Below are positions 1 through 13,247 of a stretch of DNA of 64,000 bases, piece by piece. How positions within the stretch are numbered: position 1 is the first letter of the stretch; every line of letters starts with the position of its first letter. The stretch is taken from assembly GCF_026571515.1 (NCBI RefSeq), contig NW_026864560.1, positions 248,001 to 312,000 on the forward strand. Direction: 5' to 3'. This DNA is from Ruditapes philippinarum. Lineage: Eukaryota. The notes under the pieces were generated by a model. It was not told where the DNA came from. It did not search any database and saw nothing but the letters and a program-made list of their open reading frames with translations. The position numbers and the translations under genes are program-made.

Positions 1-3000
1 TTATTATTACTGGTTGTTGACATTATCTGACTGCTACAGTATGGTTAAAGGAAGGAATTGGTATTTCGAGATTTAGATTATATGAGGTATCGTTATTTTG
101 AGGTTTATGTTACATGAAATTGCAGGCATTATAAAAATGCATGAGGTTAAAAATATATGAGAAGGTTATGGTTAAATGTGGTGTTTATGTTATTTAAAAT
201 TTTGGGTACTTTGAGATACATGTTTATTTTATATCAGGTATGACATTTTAGGAATTTGTGGGTAATTTAAAATATGGGTTACATTCGGTATGATTATATT
301 GAAGTTTTTATAAGTTATGAGTATTTTAATATTGAGGTCTGGGATAAAATTATGTAGGTTTCGTCACATCATACTTTAAACTAATATAACTAATATAACT
401 TTGAGTTTTGACTACATAGAACTGTGAAATAATCGGCGGATGACTTTGATACAAATTAATATATAATATGTGGGTAAAATAAGTTACAGTATAACCCTAC
501 ATAATCATTATATAAATCACTATGTCAAACATATAGTATACTACGGTTTGGGCTTCATAAAACATGCACCGGCAGGTTTTTATACGTCGTAAAGTGTTTG
601 ACATATAGGGTTTAGGGGATAAAAACTTTTTAAGTACCTATGAATTATCTCGATTTTATTAGAAAAACAGAGAGCACGTTCTTCATGGGAAATGCTTATC
701 GCGGGTTAAACGAGCAGCAGAACACGGCACTGCCTGTCTTGGCTAATTGCTGTAAGTCAAAGTAGCTCGTATTCAAACGGAAGCTTGACTCAACTCGCTC
801 GCAAAGATTGAAAGTTGCGAAGAACACATCAAGATGATCTGAACGAAAACACATCGAAAGACTTCGGAACGCTTAATATTCTATCTTCAAAAACTTGACT
901 GAATTTCTTTTTTTTATCACTATATCTTTTTCTCGTTACTAACGGAATAGCGACTAGACTTATTTTTGTACATTTTGATTCGCTTTAGGTTATTTTGTGG
1001 ATTTAAGTTTCTTATGAAACTTTAAATAACATTTATTCGTTTACTTTACAATATTTTTATGTCTATAAGACATATTGCTTTAATCACATTAGTCAATGCC
1101 AAAGTCAAACAGTTCCTTCTAGGGTCTGTTTTTTTTTCAGTGTGTTATTTTTGGTTCCTGTATTTGGGCAATTGTGTTTTGCCTGTACTAGTAATTCACG
1201 GCGTAATTATTGTCAAATTTAAAAAAGTACTATAGATGTAATTGCTAATTTATTGACCTTCATAAGACAATAAGTATAATGCATCAGACACGTACTTAGT
1301 TCTTTAGATATCAGAAAATAGAGATTGGGATATTAGGGGAATTTTGTAGGGGAAGAATACTTTTTCAAGAGAGGAATGCTATGTTGATTAACTTAATTCA
1401 TTTAGAAGTATGCAAATCAATTGCTTTTCTAAGGTAGTCTGCGTTCAACTTAGGCTTTTTTTATGTTTTTATTAATTATGGGGTATGAACATAAATCAAG
1501 CTTATTTAATTGAGACTTAGGCTGGACGAAATAGTTCCTACACTTTATTAAAAACAAACAAACACCGGGATATTCAGCAGCAATGTACAGTGTTCATATT
1601 GCTTGCTCTATACAGTTTAATGGCATAATTATTTCAGGCACTTACAGTCTCACAATCTGGGTTCATATTTGATACGAAAGTGATTAGAACTAAATGTGAA
1701 TAGATAACAAAAGCTGAGACAACACAGTTGTAGATAACATTTAATTCTTTATTCTAGAAACATTTTTTATAAAAACATGGTTTTACTTTCATCAAACAAT
1801 AACACCTTTTACAAGTACAGCCAGTCAACAATCTTCATTTACCTTAGCCAGAGGTACTGATCGAATTGGTTTATTTTTTCAGGTTGTTTTCAAAATACAA
1901 GTTTTTATAAAGATATGTTACTATGCCCAAAATCATGCAAATGATATCAATATTTAAGATCTTAGGTCTGAATGATAGAGCAAAAATGACTGGCTGTTAA
2001 GACAATGCTACATTATGTACAGTTGACTGTACTTGGTTAAACAAAATCAAAGAGGCATCACATAAATTTTCAATTAAGCCCACATCTACACAATAAATAA
2101 TTTTTAAAGAAGGAAATGCGTAAAAATAATTTAAAAAAATCTTAGTTATCGTGTCCATGTATATATACATGTTTATAGTGATGATAAAATTAACTGCATA
2201 ATATCAATTATCTTGTGCCTCTGTGAGTGTGTGTGCGTGCGTGTGTGCATGTGTTAGTGAGCTTATGTAAATGTGTATAAAATATATGAAAACAATTATT
2301 TTTTTCTAAGAAATCAAGAATTTAAAACATTTAAAACGTTTGTATCGTAATAAAACAGTTATATCATGTTATTTTCGATTAATCCTTGAATCGTAAATAA
2401 ATAATTTCTTTGATAACTTGAACGCGATCGATACAGTAAAAAAAATGAAATCCCCCTTTAGGCATCAACATTCTTCCTCTGTATTAATGGGAAGATTGAA
2501 ATACTAAATATTCTGTCGAACTACCAAAAGTTGATAAAAAAACAATATTCTAGAATTAAGCACATTAATACATTTAGCAACATTTAAAGCACTTTCATGG
2601 AAAAAAATACAAATAAATTCTTCAATGTGTATCTGAAAATAAAATGTTTATTAAGATATTGTTCAAATTAGATAATTTATATCACCAAAGTGTTGTTATA
2701 AATACGACTTCAGATAATCGTAAGACGGCCCCCTTTTCGTAATTTAAACATCTCGCGAGATCTGAGCACTTTAAAGAAAATAAAATACAAACACAAGGCT
2801 ATCAGTGTATGAATAAGTATATTACAAAGTAAACTCCCATGATAACGTTCCATAATAAATCCTGGAACAAAAATATTTGCTACAGTAATAATAACGTTGT
2901 TTTTCTGCTGTCTAGGTCACAAAGTGCATACGGATTTTTCTGATAGATTTTCATAGGCAACGATGCAAAATAATTTAAGGAACTTAAATTGTCATCGCAT

Positions 3001-4444
3001 TTGAATTACATACGAGGAAATACGTTCAAGAAGTAGGTTTGAAATTTCAATGATGAATTTTACACAAAATATTTTCTGTTTATAATTTTTGTTGAAGAGA
3101 ATAGACTCGCGATGTTAAAATTAAAGTTTCAATTGTAATTACAATGAATATTCTTAAAGTAACACTAAAATACAGTATAGCCTTTATCGAAACATAAATC
3201 AACTTTTTGATAACATCAATAAACTATTTGCAAACGTACGTAATAAAACAAACAAATAAAATGAACATATAGACATAAATAACAAAATAAACGAAACTTG
3301 ATTATTTACATCACAATACAACAAATAATCTCACAAAGGTTCAAGAATGAAATATACAACATATTTTACTTTAATTAACTTCAGACAATTTAGCATACCA
3401 AACGATTTACTCTAAATAGTTCGTTCCGACAAAATTTGGAAAAAATAATGTATCTCAAAAAGAAGTTAACTCATAAACTAAAAACGTAGCAATTCCATTG
3501 AAAATTGACTTGTTTTCTTTTTATCTTTTTGTTGATTAAAAAATAATTTAATGATCAAAATGTTTTACAATGAAATATTAGTTTTTACAGCTAAATCTTG
3601 AGATAAACCTTATTTGTAATACACATTAAAGGTATCAGCACTGTATCAGCACTTCAAAAACAATAAAATACAAAAACAAGTTTATCAGTATATTTACAAC
3701 ATAAACACCCATGATAGTGATACTGCATAAAACATAATGTCAAAGATATGCCACCGTGGCAATTATGTTTTTTTCCACAATATTCATTATGATTATCATC
3801 TCTTAATAATTATGTATTTCCTGAAAATCAGTAAACTTAGATTTTTTTCTCTCAGTCTTTTGTTAAGAATATTTGTTAAAATTGTTTTAACGTTAATAAT
3901 TGTATTTGGAATGAGTTTTACACATTTTTTTGAAAGGTAAATCACACAAGAGATTGACAAAATATTTTAACTTTTATTTATCATGACGTTCCAAGAAAAA
4001 AAAGAACAGTGAAGATCTAACTACATAAACATTTGAAACAAAACGTATGTACAAAAGAAGAAGAAAAAGAAAACATCAATTACTTGTATTCACTAACAAT
4101 GAAAGCAATACTCTATTGACTATTGAAGTCACAATCGACTTTCTGGTGAAAATTGATAGCCATTTAATATTAATGATAAAAAATGGTTTCCGACAGCTTG
4201 ATTAATATATATCTTATTACACAAATCTGCTGTAACAAAATTCACCAAAATGACTTGATAATTCATGAGCTGAACGAAAGTGATAGAATATAAAGTCAGA
4301 ATGAACATGATTCTGCAGGAAGTTGACATTTGACCATAATTAATTCACCTGCAAAACTAAAATATCAAATTAAAAATTCAGCACTTGACACAGATCATAG
4401 CATACATGCACAGTCAGTGTTTATAATAAATTATTTGGGATTGT

Positions 4445-5947
4445 TTACTCTTTGGCTGCCTCGATCACTTGTACTTTGTCTTCCCTCGATTCCCCAGGTT
4501 CATTTCGCTCTCTTACGGCATCGTGCCGACCAGAATCTAAAAATGAGGTCATGAGTGTTTTACACGGTGACATGATGGTGTACTCTTGTAGAAAGGAAGC
4601 ATCACTTACATTTTCTACAGCACTTGATTTGTTTTCACTTAAGTTTTCAAAAGCACTATTCACAGGGGATATATGGGTATAAACGTCACTGTCGCGGGGG
4701 TGGGGTGGTAACACAATATCAGTTGGCGTGAGTGGGGCTACTGGTGCACAGAGCGATTGCAGGTGGTGAGCCGCGTCTAAAGACGAGCGTCTACTTTCCA
4801 TGATAATGTCCAAGAAATTTCCGAACAATGGGTGATATGACTCACTCTGTGGTGCAGTCGCGGTTGACGTAATCTGAAAACGATCACTGTCGTCTGCTGA
4901 TAAAGGTTTAACTTGTGACTGATCTCTCAACTGACATGGGGAGTCTTTGCTGCTCTCACATTTTTCAACTTCGGGTAAATTTACGCTGAACTTTTGGGTA
5001 TCGGACATTTGTGGCGTTCGGTCTTTACTGTTATTTGCTTTTTGCTGCAGCGGCGTCTTTCTAATGTCAAAGTCATCAGGGTGACCATTTTCAGTGTATG
5101 TTTCGTTGTGATAAGGCTCCAGACCCAGATGTTCGTGAATCGTAGCTCTGTATTTATCAGATCCAGGAACTTTACTCTGTTGGCGATTGAAAATAGCCGG
5201 TGATACCTGAGTCCAGTCTACTGTCCACAAACCAGCTTTAACTGGATGTTCAGAGGGTATTTTGACGAAGCACGAGGAATGTGATAAATTGTGACGTACC
5301 GAATCCCTCCAACCTGTATACGAGCCTCGGAAGAAGGGAAACAACTCCATCAGTGCTGCGTGGATTCCTTGAAGAGTTAGCTCCTGTTTCGGAGAAATTT
5401 GTATAGCAACCGCAATCATCCCACGATAACTGTAAGGCGGTTTCGGCCAACGTTTGTATGGAACATTTTTAGTTTCTTTTCTAGTTTTCTTGTTAGGTTT
5501 ATTTTGTTGTGTTTGCCATTTGCGTTTCTTTCCACTGTGTTCAAAGTCATTGCTAAAGTCTGTGTCTACAGAGTCGTGACTGAATACCGTAGATGCTGAT
5601 GCAGAAGACAAAGAAGTATCTGTGCTGCTACATCGGTTTTCGTCGTACCAATATGAGCTAGGTGCGAGTCCTGAGAAATTGTTATAGTAAGACACCTCTG
5701 CGTCAAGATTGTTAGAATATCCACTCGAGTTGTTGTCAGCGAAGTGATTGTATCTGTTGAACAGATTAACGTTCGGAGGAACTTGATTTTCTCGAGATTG
5801 AGCCATTGACCAATCCTGGTGGTGCCAAGGGTAAGTATATGATTGTGTTGGCATTTGTTCATGAAGAGGATACGTGTGACTCGTTGATATGTGGTGCGGG
5901 GTATAAGCCGTCTGTTCAGTTGACCGCACTTCATTATCGTCTGCCAT
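4445..5947 (-). CDS. FoxH: Forkhead-box transcription factor, FoxH (FoxH1/FAST-like) class, 500 aa, single coding exon
   Basis: Intact 500-aa ORF with the forkhead domain KPPYSYRGMIAVAIQ...FPFFRGSYTGWRDSVRHNLS...CFVK...GLWTVD. The FPFFR-x-x-Y-x-GW-[KR]-DS-[VI]-RHNLS signature is characteristic of FoxH. A splice acceptor (ttttgtattgcag|aaATG) lies 2 nt upstream of the ATG, so at least one non-coding 5' exon exists. Confidence 0.88.
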   Translation of the reverse strand: MADDNEVRSTEQTAYTPHHISTSHTYPLHEQMPTQSYTYPWHHQDWSMAQSRENQVPPNVNLFNRYNHFADNNSSGYSNNLDAEVSYYNNFSGLAPSSYWYDENRCSSTDTSLSSASASTVFSHDSVDTDFSNDFEHSGKKRKWQTQQNKPNKKTRKETKNVPYKRWPKPPYSYRGMIAVAIQISPKQELTLQGIHAALMELFPFFRGSYTGWRDSVRHNLSHSSCFVKIPSEHPVKAGLWTVDWTQVSPAIFNRQQSKVPGSDKYRATIHEHLGLEPYHNETYTENGHPDDFDIRKTPLQQKANNSKDRTPQMSDTQKFSVNLPEVEKCESSKDSPCQLRDQSQVKPLSADDSDRFQITSTATAPQSESYHPLFGNFLDIIMESRRSSLDAAHHLQSLCAPVAPLTPTDIVLPPHPRDSDVYTHISPVNSAFENLSENKSSAVENVSDASFLQEYTIMSPCKTLMTSFLDSGRHDAVRERNEPGESREDKVQVIEAAKE

Positions 5948-6469
5948 TTCTGCAATACAAAAAATAAACGAGTTTACATACGATTTACATAAGTTTATAT
6001 AAATTTAGGTTTACTGCTTAAAATTATAACTTTATACCGACTGGGCGTTCTTTAAGGTTTCTGTTTTTCAGTTACATGTTTTTTTGTTTTGTTTAATATT
6101 TATGAATTAGTTTCTTATGAATTGGTATGGTATGGTATGAATTGATTTGTTTGTTGGTTTTTTTTTATTTATAAGATTTCATTTTTCAGTTCATTTCTTG
6201 CAGAGCTCGCAAGTACACTACAACGGAGAAGAAGCATGCGGGCTGTAAAGTTTACATCACGTGTGCACGATTTGTTGTTGCACTTTTTATTATGCGTGAC
6301 TGCACTGACGGACTTATTAAATCCCTCGCCCTGCAGACGCGTCCTCGTGCTTCTTCAGATGTAATGCACGAAAAATGTTGCAGTAACCCTCTATTATACG
6401 AGTAATTTTTCTAGAAGTAAGCTAATAAAGTGATAATTATCAATGAGAAAAAGGCAATGGACTAGTATA

Positions 6470-7935
6470 TTAGAGAAAAAGTCCTTGTCTCAGTATAGAT
6501 AAGAAACAGTCCTTTACCGAGTTATCAAAGAGAAAACGGTCCTTTATCCAGTTACCAAAGAGAAAACAGCCCTTTACCCAGTTATCAAAGAGAAAACGGT
6601 CCTTCATCAAATAATCAAAGAGAAAACAGCCCTTTACCCAGTTATCAAAGAAAAACAGAAATTTACCCAGTTATCAAAGAGAAAACGGTCCTTCATCAAA
6701 TAATCAAAGAGAAAACATTCCTTTACCCAGTTATCAAAGAAAAACAGACATTTACCCAGTAATCAAAGAGTAAACAGACCGTTACCAAGTATCAAAGGAA
6801 AACAGACCTTTACCCAGTATCAAAAAGAAAACAGACCTAAACTAAGTATCAAAGAGAAAGCAGTCCTTTACCGAGTTATAAAAGACAAACAGGCCTTTAT
6901 ATAGTATCAAATAGAAAACAGCCCTTTACCCAGTTATCAGAGAGAAACAGTCCTTTTCCCAGTTATCTAAGAGAAAACAGTTCTTTACCCAGTTATCAAA
7001 GGGAAAACATTTCTTTACCCCAGTTATCAAAGAGAAAACAGACATTTACCCAGTTATCAAAGAGAAAACAGCCATTTACCCAGTTATCAAAAAGAAAACA
7101 GTCCTTTACCCAGTTATCAAAGAGAAAACATTCCTTTACCCAGTTATCAAAGAGGAAACAGGCATTTACCCAGTTATCAAAGAGGAAACAGCCCTTAACA
7201 CAGTTATTAAAGAGAAAACAATCCTTTACCCAGTTATCAAGAGAAAACTGTCGTTTATCCAGTTATCAAAGAGAAAAACAGTCATTTACCCATTTATCAA
7301 CGAGAAAACAGACGATTACCCAGTTATCAAAGAGAAACAGACATTTTCCCAGTTATCAAAGAGAAAACAAACTTTTACCCAGTTATCAAATTAAAAAACA
7401 ATCATTTACCCAGTTATCAAAGAGAAAAAAGACATTAACCCAGTTATCAAAGAAAAAACAGACATTTACCCCGTTATCAAAAAGAAAACAGACCTTAACC
7501 AAGCATCAAAAAGAAAACAGTCTTTTACCCAGTTCTTAAAGAGAAAACAGTTCTATATATAGTATCAAAAAGAAAACAGTCATTTGCCCAGTTATCTAAG
7601 AGAAAACAGTCCTTTACCCAGTTATCAAAGAGAAAGCATTTCTTTACCCAGTTATCAAAGAGGAAACAGATATTTACCCAGTTATCAAAGAGAAAACAGC
7701 CCTTTACACAGTTATCAAAGAGAAAACAATCCTTTACCGAGTTACCAAAGAGAAAACAATCCTTTACCGAGTTATCAAAGAGGAAACAGTCCTTTACACA
7801 GTTATCAAACAGAAAACAGACATTTATCCAGTATCAAACAGAAAACAGACATTTATCCAGTATCAAAGAGAAAATAGTGCTTTCCTTTACCACGTTTCTA
7901 AGATGAAACAGTGCCTTACCCAGTTTCAAAGAGAA
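6470..7935. repeat. 30-bp minisatellite, consensus CCCAGTTATCAAAGAGAAAACAGTCCTTTA, about 48 copies
   Basis: Tandem units are directly visible, with 1-nt indel variants. Decayed units continue to about 8100 and recur at about 8505-8530. This repeat explains the repetitive ORF 7584..7877. Confidence 0.97.
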
Positions 7936-8982
7936 ACAGTACTTCATCCAATAGTAAAGAGGAAAATAATCGTTTATATGGTATTACAGAGAAAAAATAG
8001 TTTACTCAGTATTATAGTGCAAACTCAGTTACCCTACATTAAGTCATTTATAAAGTATTAAAGCAGAAAGACATTTACGCAGTATCAAAGAAAAAAGTGT
8101 GGCTTTCCAAGTGTTACAAAGCAAAAAGGCTTTTGCATAGCATACATAGGAACTCAACTGAGGTTCAAAATAAGATATAAACCATAAAATTTGAATTTCG
8201 TGGCATTCAAAACAGACAGATATGCTGGAGATAATCAATAAATATACTCAGAATTAAATTGAAAATCGTACTTTGTCCTATTCTTAATACACTTTGAGTT
8301 AAAGCGCTTTTCAATTTTGGGTAATTTTTCACAATCAGAACAATTCTTTGGGAAAACGGAGTGAGTTAATGATTGGAAATTTCGCACACAAGTTATTGGT
8401 CTATACATACATCAAATGGAACATTAATCTCGAAAAACTATTTCCAGTTCAGTAATATCAAAAAACCACAGTGGAGTGAGTCCCTTTCAAGTGCAAACCG
8501 TTGTTTACCCAGTATCAAAGAGAAAAAGATGTTTACATAGGATCACAGAGAAAAACGTCAAGGATATTAATGCCTATATTGGACTATGCAGACGTAACTC
8601 AATTCCACTCGTATGACCTTAAACAAATAGATGGAAAGAAAATAACATGAACTAGTGGTTATTTTCAATTACCTCGATTTAAAAAAACATGTAGATGAAG
8701 TAAAACACTAAGATACTTAAAAAATAAATGATATTGTATTTATTTGTAATAAGCACAATTAAGAGGACGAAAATATTTTAACAGGAAAATATATCCACAA
8801 TTGTTTATATTATCAAAAAATAAAAGAATGTAAAAAATGTAGGAGAAAAAAATATAAAAATGGTAATGACAATTTCTTTCTGCCGAAAAGGCGAACGATA
8901 ATTTTTTTATTAATATACAAATAAAAATAGTTGAGCACAATTTTATTAAAAAGAACCGTATTTAAACATTATGCCGAGAAAC

Positions 8983-9350
8983 TTAAACCGGCATGCCTCC
9001 AAATTCAGGCCATTTTATTGAAAATCTTGATACTGTATTTTGAAATAAATTTCAAATGAACAGAAAAAGTAATTTAAACATTGCAACTGACATTTACAGT
9101 CCGCGTAAATTACCCCCCAAAAAAAAAATAAAAAATATAAAAAAATGAGATCAAACTTTGCAAAAATAGTCCTTATTGTGTTAGTCACGCATCAGAAATA
9201 TGGTGATAAATGTATACTACATCGCACATAGCATGTAAATAATTACTTAAATCTTGAATATTTACCTCTCATAAAAAAATCTAAGAACATTTTTCTCAAG
9301 TTTGATTTTTGTCCAACATTTTAGCTTATCTGGAGATATGCAGCTTTTAA
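8983..9350. mobile_element. Degenerate MITE with TTAA ends (Kolobok/piggyBac-like termini)
   Basis: Left end ttaaACCGGCATGCCTCCAAAT; right end reverse complement ttaaAAGCTGCATATCTCCAGAT. This is an imperfect TIR of about 20 bp. Confidence 0.4.
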
Positions 9351-12300
9351 GGAACATTATGCCTACGAAACAATAATTTTTTACTTTTTCAATAAGGGCA
9401 AACGTGAAGTTTATGTTTATATAATGGTATGTAGAGAAATGTTACATGCTTGTCACACGAAAAGTTAGCGATAGAGGTGAATAGTTTGCCATAAAGTTAG
9501 TAAAATGTAAAAGTAGTATTTCGACTTCTAATTTTTAGGACGCAAGCATTAAAAGTCTAATAAGAAATAGAAATAAAAGCATTTCTGAGGCTTTTTTAAA
9601 GAGTAGTTGTCAGTAAACTGAGATTGTCTTCTCCTGTTTAACATAATTATATGTCATCTTGAGATGCAGAAATGTGAAAAAACGCAAAAATTGTGGTAAA
9701 TTAACGAAAATAAGGGACCGAAAGGTAAACGATAAATATATTTATAAGATATGAAAAATGAAACAACAATGAATTAACGCATTTAGTATCGTCCATATAT
9801 TTTACAAGCTATGCTTTAAAAATCGAACGTTGGAGAACTGCTTTTAGAAAATGTATAAATATTTATAATTGCTTTGTACATTGTTATGATTGAAGTAATT
9901 AACTATTCTTAGAACTTTCCTATTCCTATATTCCACAGCTGTGGCCATTTTTTAAATGGTTTTAGAAATTATGTGTAATTTAGATAGATTTACTGCCTGA
10001 AGCCGGCTTAAATCATTCTTTTTATTAAAGGTAAAAAAACCGAACACGTTAAATTTGAATCTCACTAAATATTAGTGAGCAAGAAAAAGTGAAAATCTGT
10101 AATAGGAATAAGAAACATAGTCAGCTATAAATGAATATATATAAGTTTTTGTGTGGATTCGTAGCCGGAATTTAGCAACGCTTTTATGTTGATCATTTTC
10201 ACATAAATTATTATTCTAGAATAGCCACACAATCGGGTCGGCCTACATAAATTTATATAAGTTTCGCCCGCCATGTCAAGTACTTTACACAATCATTAAT
10301 ATTAACCAATGACTCGGCGTATCACAGTGATCAATATTGGATCATGTCTGTTACAGAATTATCATATCATATGTCTCAATGTACACATTTGTCAATTAAA
10401 AAATATTGTTGAAATATAACAATATAGTCCATTTTAAGTACATAATGTTTTGCCCAAAGGCAATTGGCCTCAGAACAAATAATTATTCATCGTAGAATGC
10501 AAATAATTTTGTAACATTTATATTTATAAATAAATGATGTTTAAGACATGCATCTAGCTTAGAACTTGCGCAGAAAGTAGCGCTGAACGTGATATAATTC
10601 TTCAAAGAAAGGAGCAAAACGGAAACGAAGCAGTATTTTGGTTTCCATACTATAAACTAAATCACAATACATGTACTTACTGCGAAGAAGCAATAAAAGC
10701 AAAAAAGTTCATGTATTTGGTCAAGTAGTATCTTTTTGGAAATTATATCTAGACACTTGAAATAAGGAGCTTTTGTAAAATAAGAATAAAAGCATTTTGG
10801 GGCAAGAATGGGCATTTAATGTATAATCATCTCATATTATTTAGCACTTTCTAAATATTCTTAAAATGCGAAGAAGTGACGCTTTATGCATAATTAGATA
10901 TTAACGGCATACAGCTTATACCTTGACTAGCAAATCACACTATACTTAGTACATAAAATATACATGTATTTCTCCATGCCGGGTATACTTCAATAAGATT
11001 TCATTAAGAAATAAATATATGTCAGTTAAATGTAAAGAAACAGCTGCTGATCAGTTCTAGAATTATTTTCTCTCCCTTTTTTACATTTAGCTTAAACAAA
11101 AGAACATTGCTATGATGTTCTTTTCCAAAATCGCTATGGGCATTGGAATTCCTTTTGGACGATAATTATTATAATAGAAAAAAAGAGGTAACTCTTCAGT
11201 ACATATTGGAAGTATTTGCGGTATGGGGGCTGAGGAGTTGTCTCCCCTTTCATTATGTTTTAGTCTACAGGCGATTTTATGATGTTATGTTTGACATTTG
11301 TAATTGAAATGCTGTACTGTTTTGTACGGATTAGACTTTAATAAAGATTATATATACATGTTTAATCATTGTTTTAACATAATCTAGCTGCTGTTTCAGG
11401 CTCATATACATGCATAAAGTTACCTATTATGCGCGTTCTCGTTATAGCAAAACCAAAATTAGATAAAAGAATAAATTTAATTTGTGTCATTTCAAAATTC
11501 CTATTTAATTCATGTGGTATATAATTATTGTATTATCTACAAGTCCGTATATTTTCTTTAAATAAAAAAATGATGGAAAATGTGAGAACAGAGTCTTTTA
11601 AATAAAAATATTTAAAAACACAGCACATTTCCAGACAATTCTACCTCAAAGACCCTGGTGCGAAGAAGTTATTATTTTCAAAGATTCTCATATGCTCATT
11701 TAAGCAAGCAGGTAACCCTATTTACATATAAGTTACTTATCTACGTCAATTAGTGTTTCTAGGTTCGGGCGTAAGATTTTATCTGAAAGCAAACACAAAC
11801 TTGATCAGAAAAAATCCCAAATAAACCAACATTCCTTCATTGGCTGCATGTTGAAGTATCAGACGAAAAAATATTAATTTATACAATACAAAGTATTAAG
11901 CTAGGGCTGTGGTGAGCGGCAGGGTGTCTGTGTCTCGAATTACATTATCTTACATAATTATTACTGCACGCCATCTTTGGTTATGTAGATGTCACCCTGG
12001 TAGGTGTCATACAAATAGGTAAATGTTACCGATGTGTATACAACTTTAACGGTGTCAATCAGCCCGGACATTTTTGTATCATGGCATAAAGAGTATGGAA
12101 CTATAATAGACCCCGCCCCCACTTCCAAAGAAAAGGGAAAACAAACTTCGATGAGAATGATCACTATGACCACTTGTTATTTGTCTTGGAAACAAAAACA
12201 TAAAAGTTGAATATACCGTATAATTTATCTAGACAGTGAAAAATAAATTAACTTTAAATATTCTAATAGCTTAAAACAGCATAACGACATGTGAAAATAT

Positions 12301-13247
12301 TAAAGTCTATTCAAGGGGCTGTTAAATTTTAGATACTGCATCAAAATTTTAGCGGACAGGAATTTTGTATTTTTAAAACATTAATAGAAATTACAGAGCT
12401 ATATATTTAAAGTCTCTGGAAACAAGGACATGTACACGGATAATGCGACATTATCAAGTTTATTTTTTGAAACCTCCGGTAACTTAAGACTGCCTTTGTC
12501 AATAAAAACACGGATTTAAATTACAATATAAATCCGTGATAAAAATGAGAGAAACTTCTGCTTTAATAGTAAAACAAGAGCCTGGATAATGAAGAATTTT
12601 CTAAGTTTTAAAACAGTCGTAATTCAAAATCAATGCTAGAGTTAAGGGCCTTGAGTTGTGACCTGAAGACTTAAGTTTCAAGTGAAGATCTTCAGTAGTT
12701 TTGAAGATTTGATACCGCATGCAAAACATTAACAAAGATTTTTTTAAAAGTTATTCTGTCAAAATCCCATAAAGAGCTATGTTTGTTAAAAAATGTCTTA
12801 ATTGATGTTTTGACGAGAGAACTGATGTTGAGTTTCTGTAACGTCTAAATATTATTTGGTGCAAGACAAAAAGCATATTTCCTACGCAAATTGCGCTAAA
12901 TATGATGTTTTATATTATTTTGCAAATAAATGGAGGCTGTTTTTATAGTGTCAATATTTTCATGAAAGCTTTATTACAATATGGGTGTAGTACATTGTTT
13001 CCTTTTTGTGACACTGAACTAAATATGATAATGCCCTGTACATTATATAACCAAGCAGAATGTACATTTGATCCGTAACGAGTGCAAAATACATTTTTGA
13101 GATCTTTTTATGACAGAGAAAAGCAATTGTATAAGCATAACATATCAAAGAACAGACGACTTGCACCTCGTATTTGTATATATATATATAGATCTATATA
13201 ATTTATACAGTTATTTTTACAATTGTTATCACATGGCGTCACATGTT

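Noticed and set aside
1-480. G/T-skewed stretch with recurring gaggtt/ttatg words
   Set aside because: Probably a decayed simple repeat; no consistent period could be defined.
670-900. GC-richer block that looks exon-like
   Set aside because: The plus-strand frames I checked contain stops and I found no convincing splice pair or protein motif; it may be UTR or regulatory, but this is unsupported.
4330-5955. Several short ORFs overlapping FoxH
   Set aside because: They are alternative-frame or antisense shadows of the FoxH CDS with no recognisable motifs.
7584-7877. 97-aa repetitive ORF (PSYQRENSPL)n
   Set aside because: It is a translation of the 30-bp minisatellite; neighbouring units have frameshifting 1-nt indels and the start is non-ATG.
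6470-7935. CRISPR-like array
   Set aside because: The units are contiguous with no unique spacers, the context is eukaryotic, and there are no cas genes.
10152-10159. FoxH1 binding site TGTGGATT (possible autoregulation)
   Set aside because: A single 8-mer is expected by chance in this much sequence, and there is no clustering.
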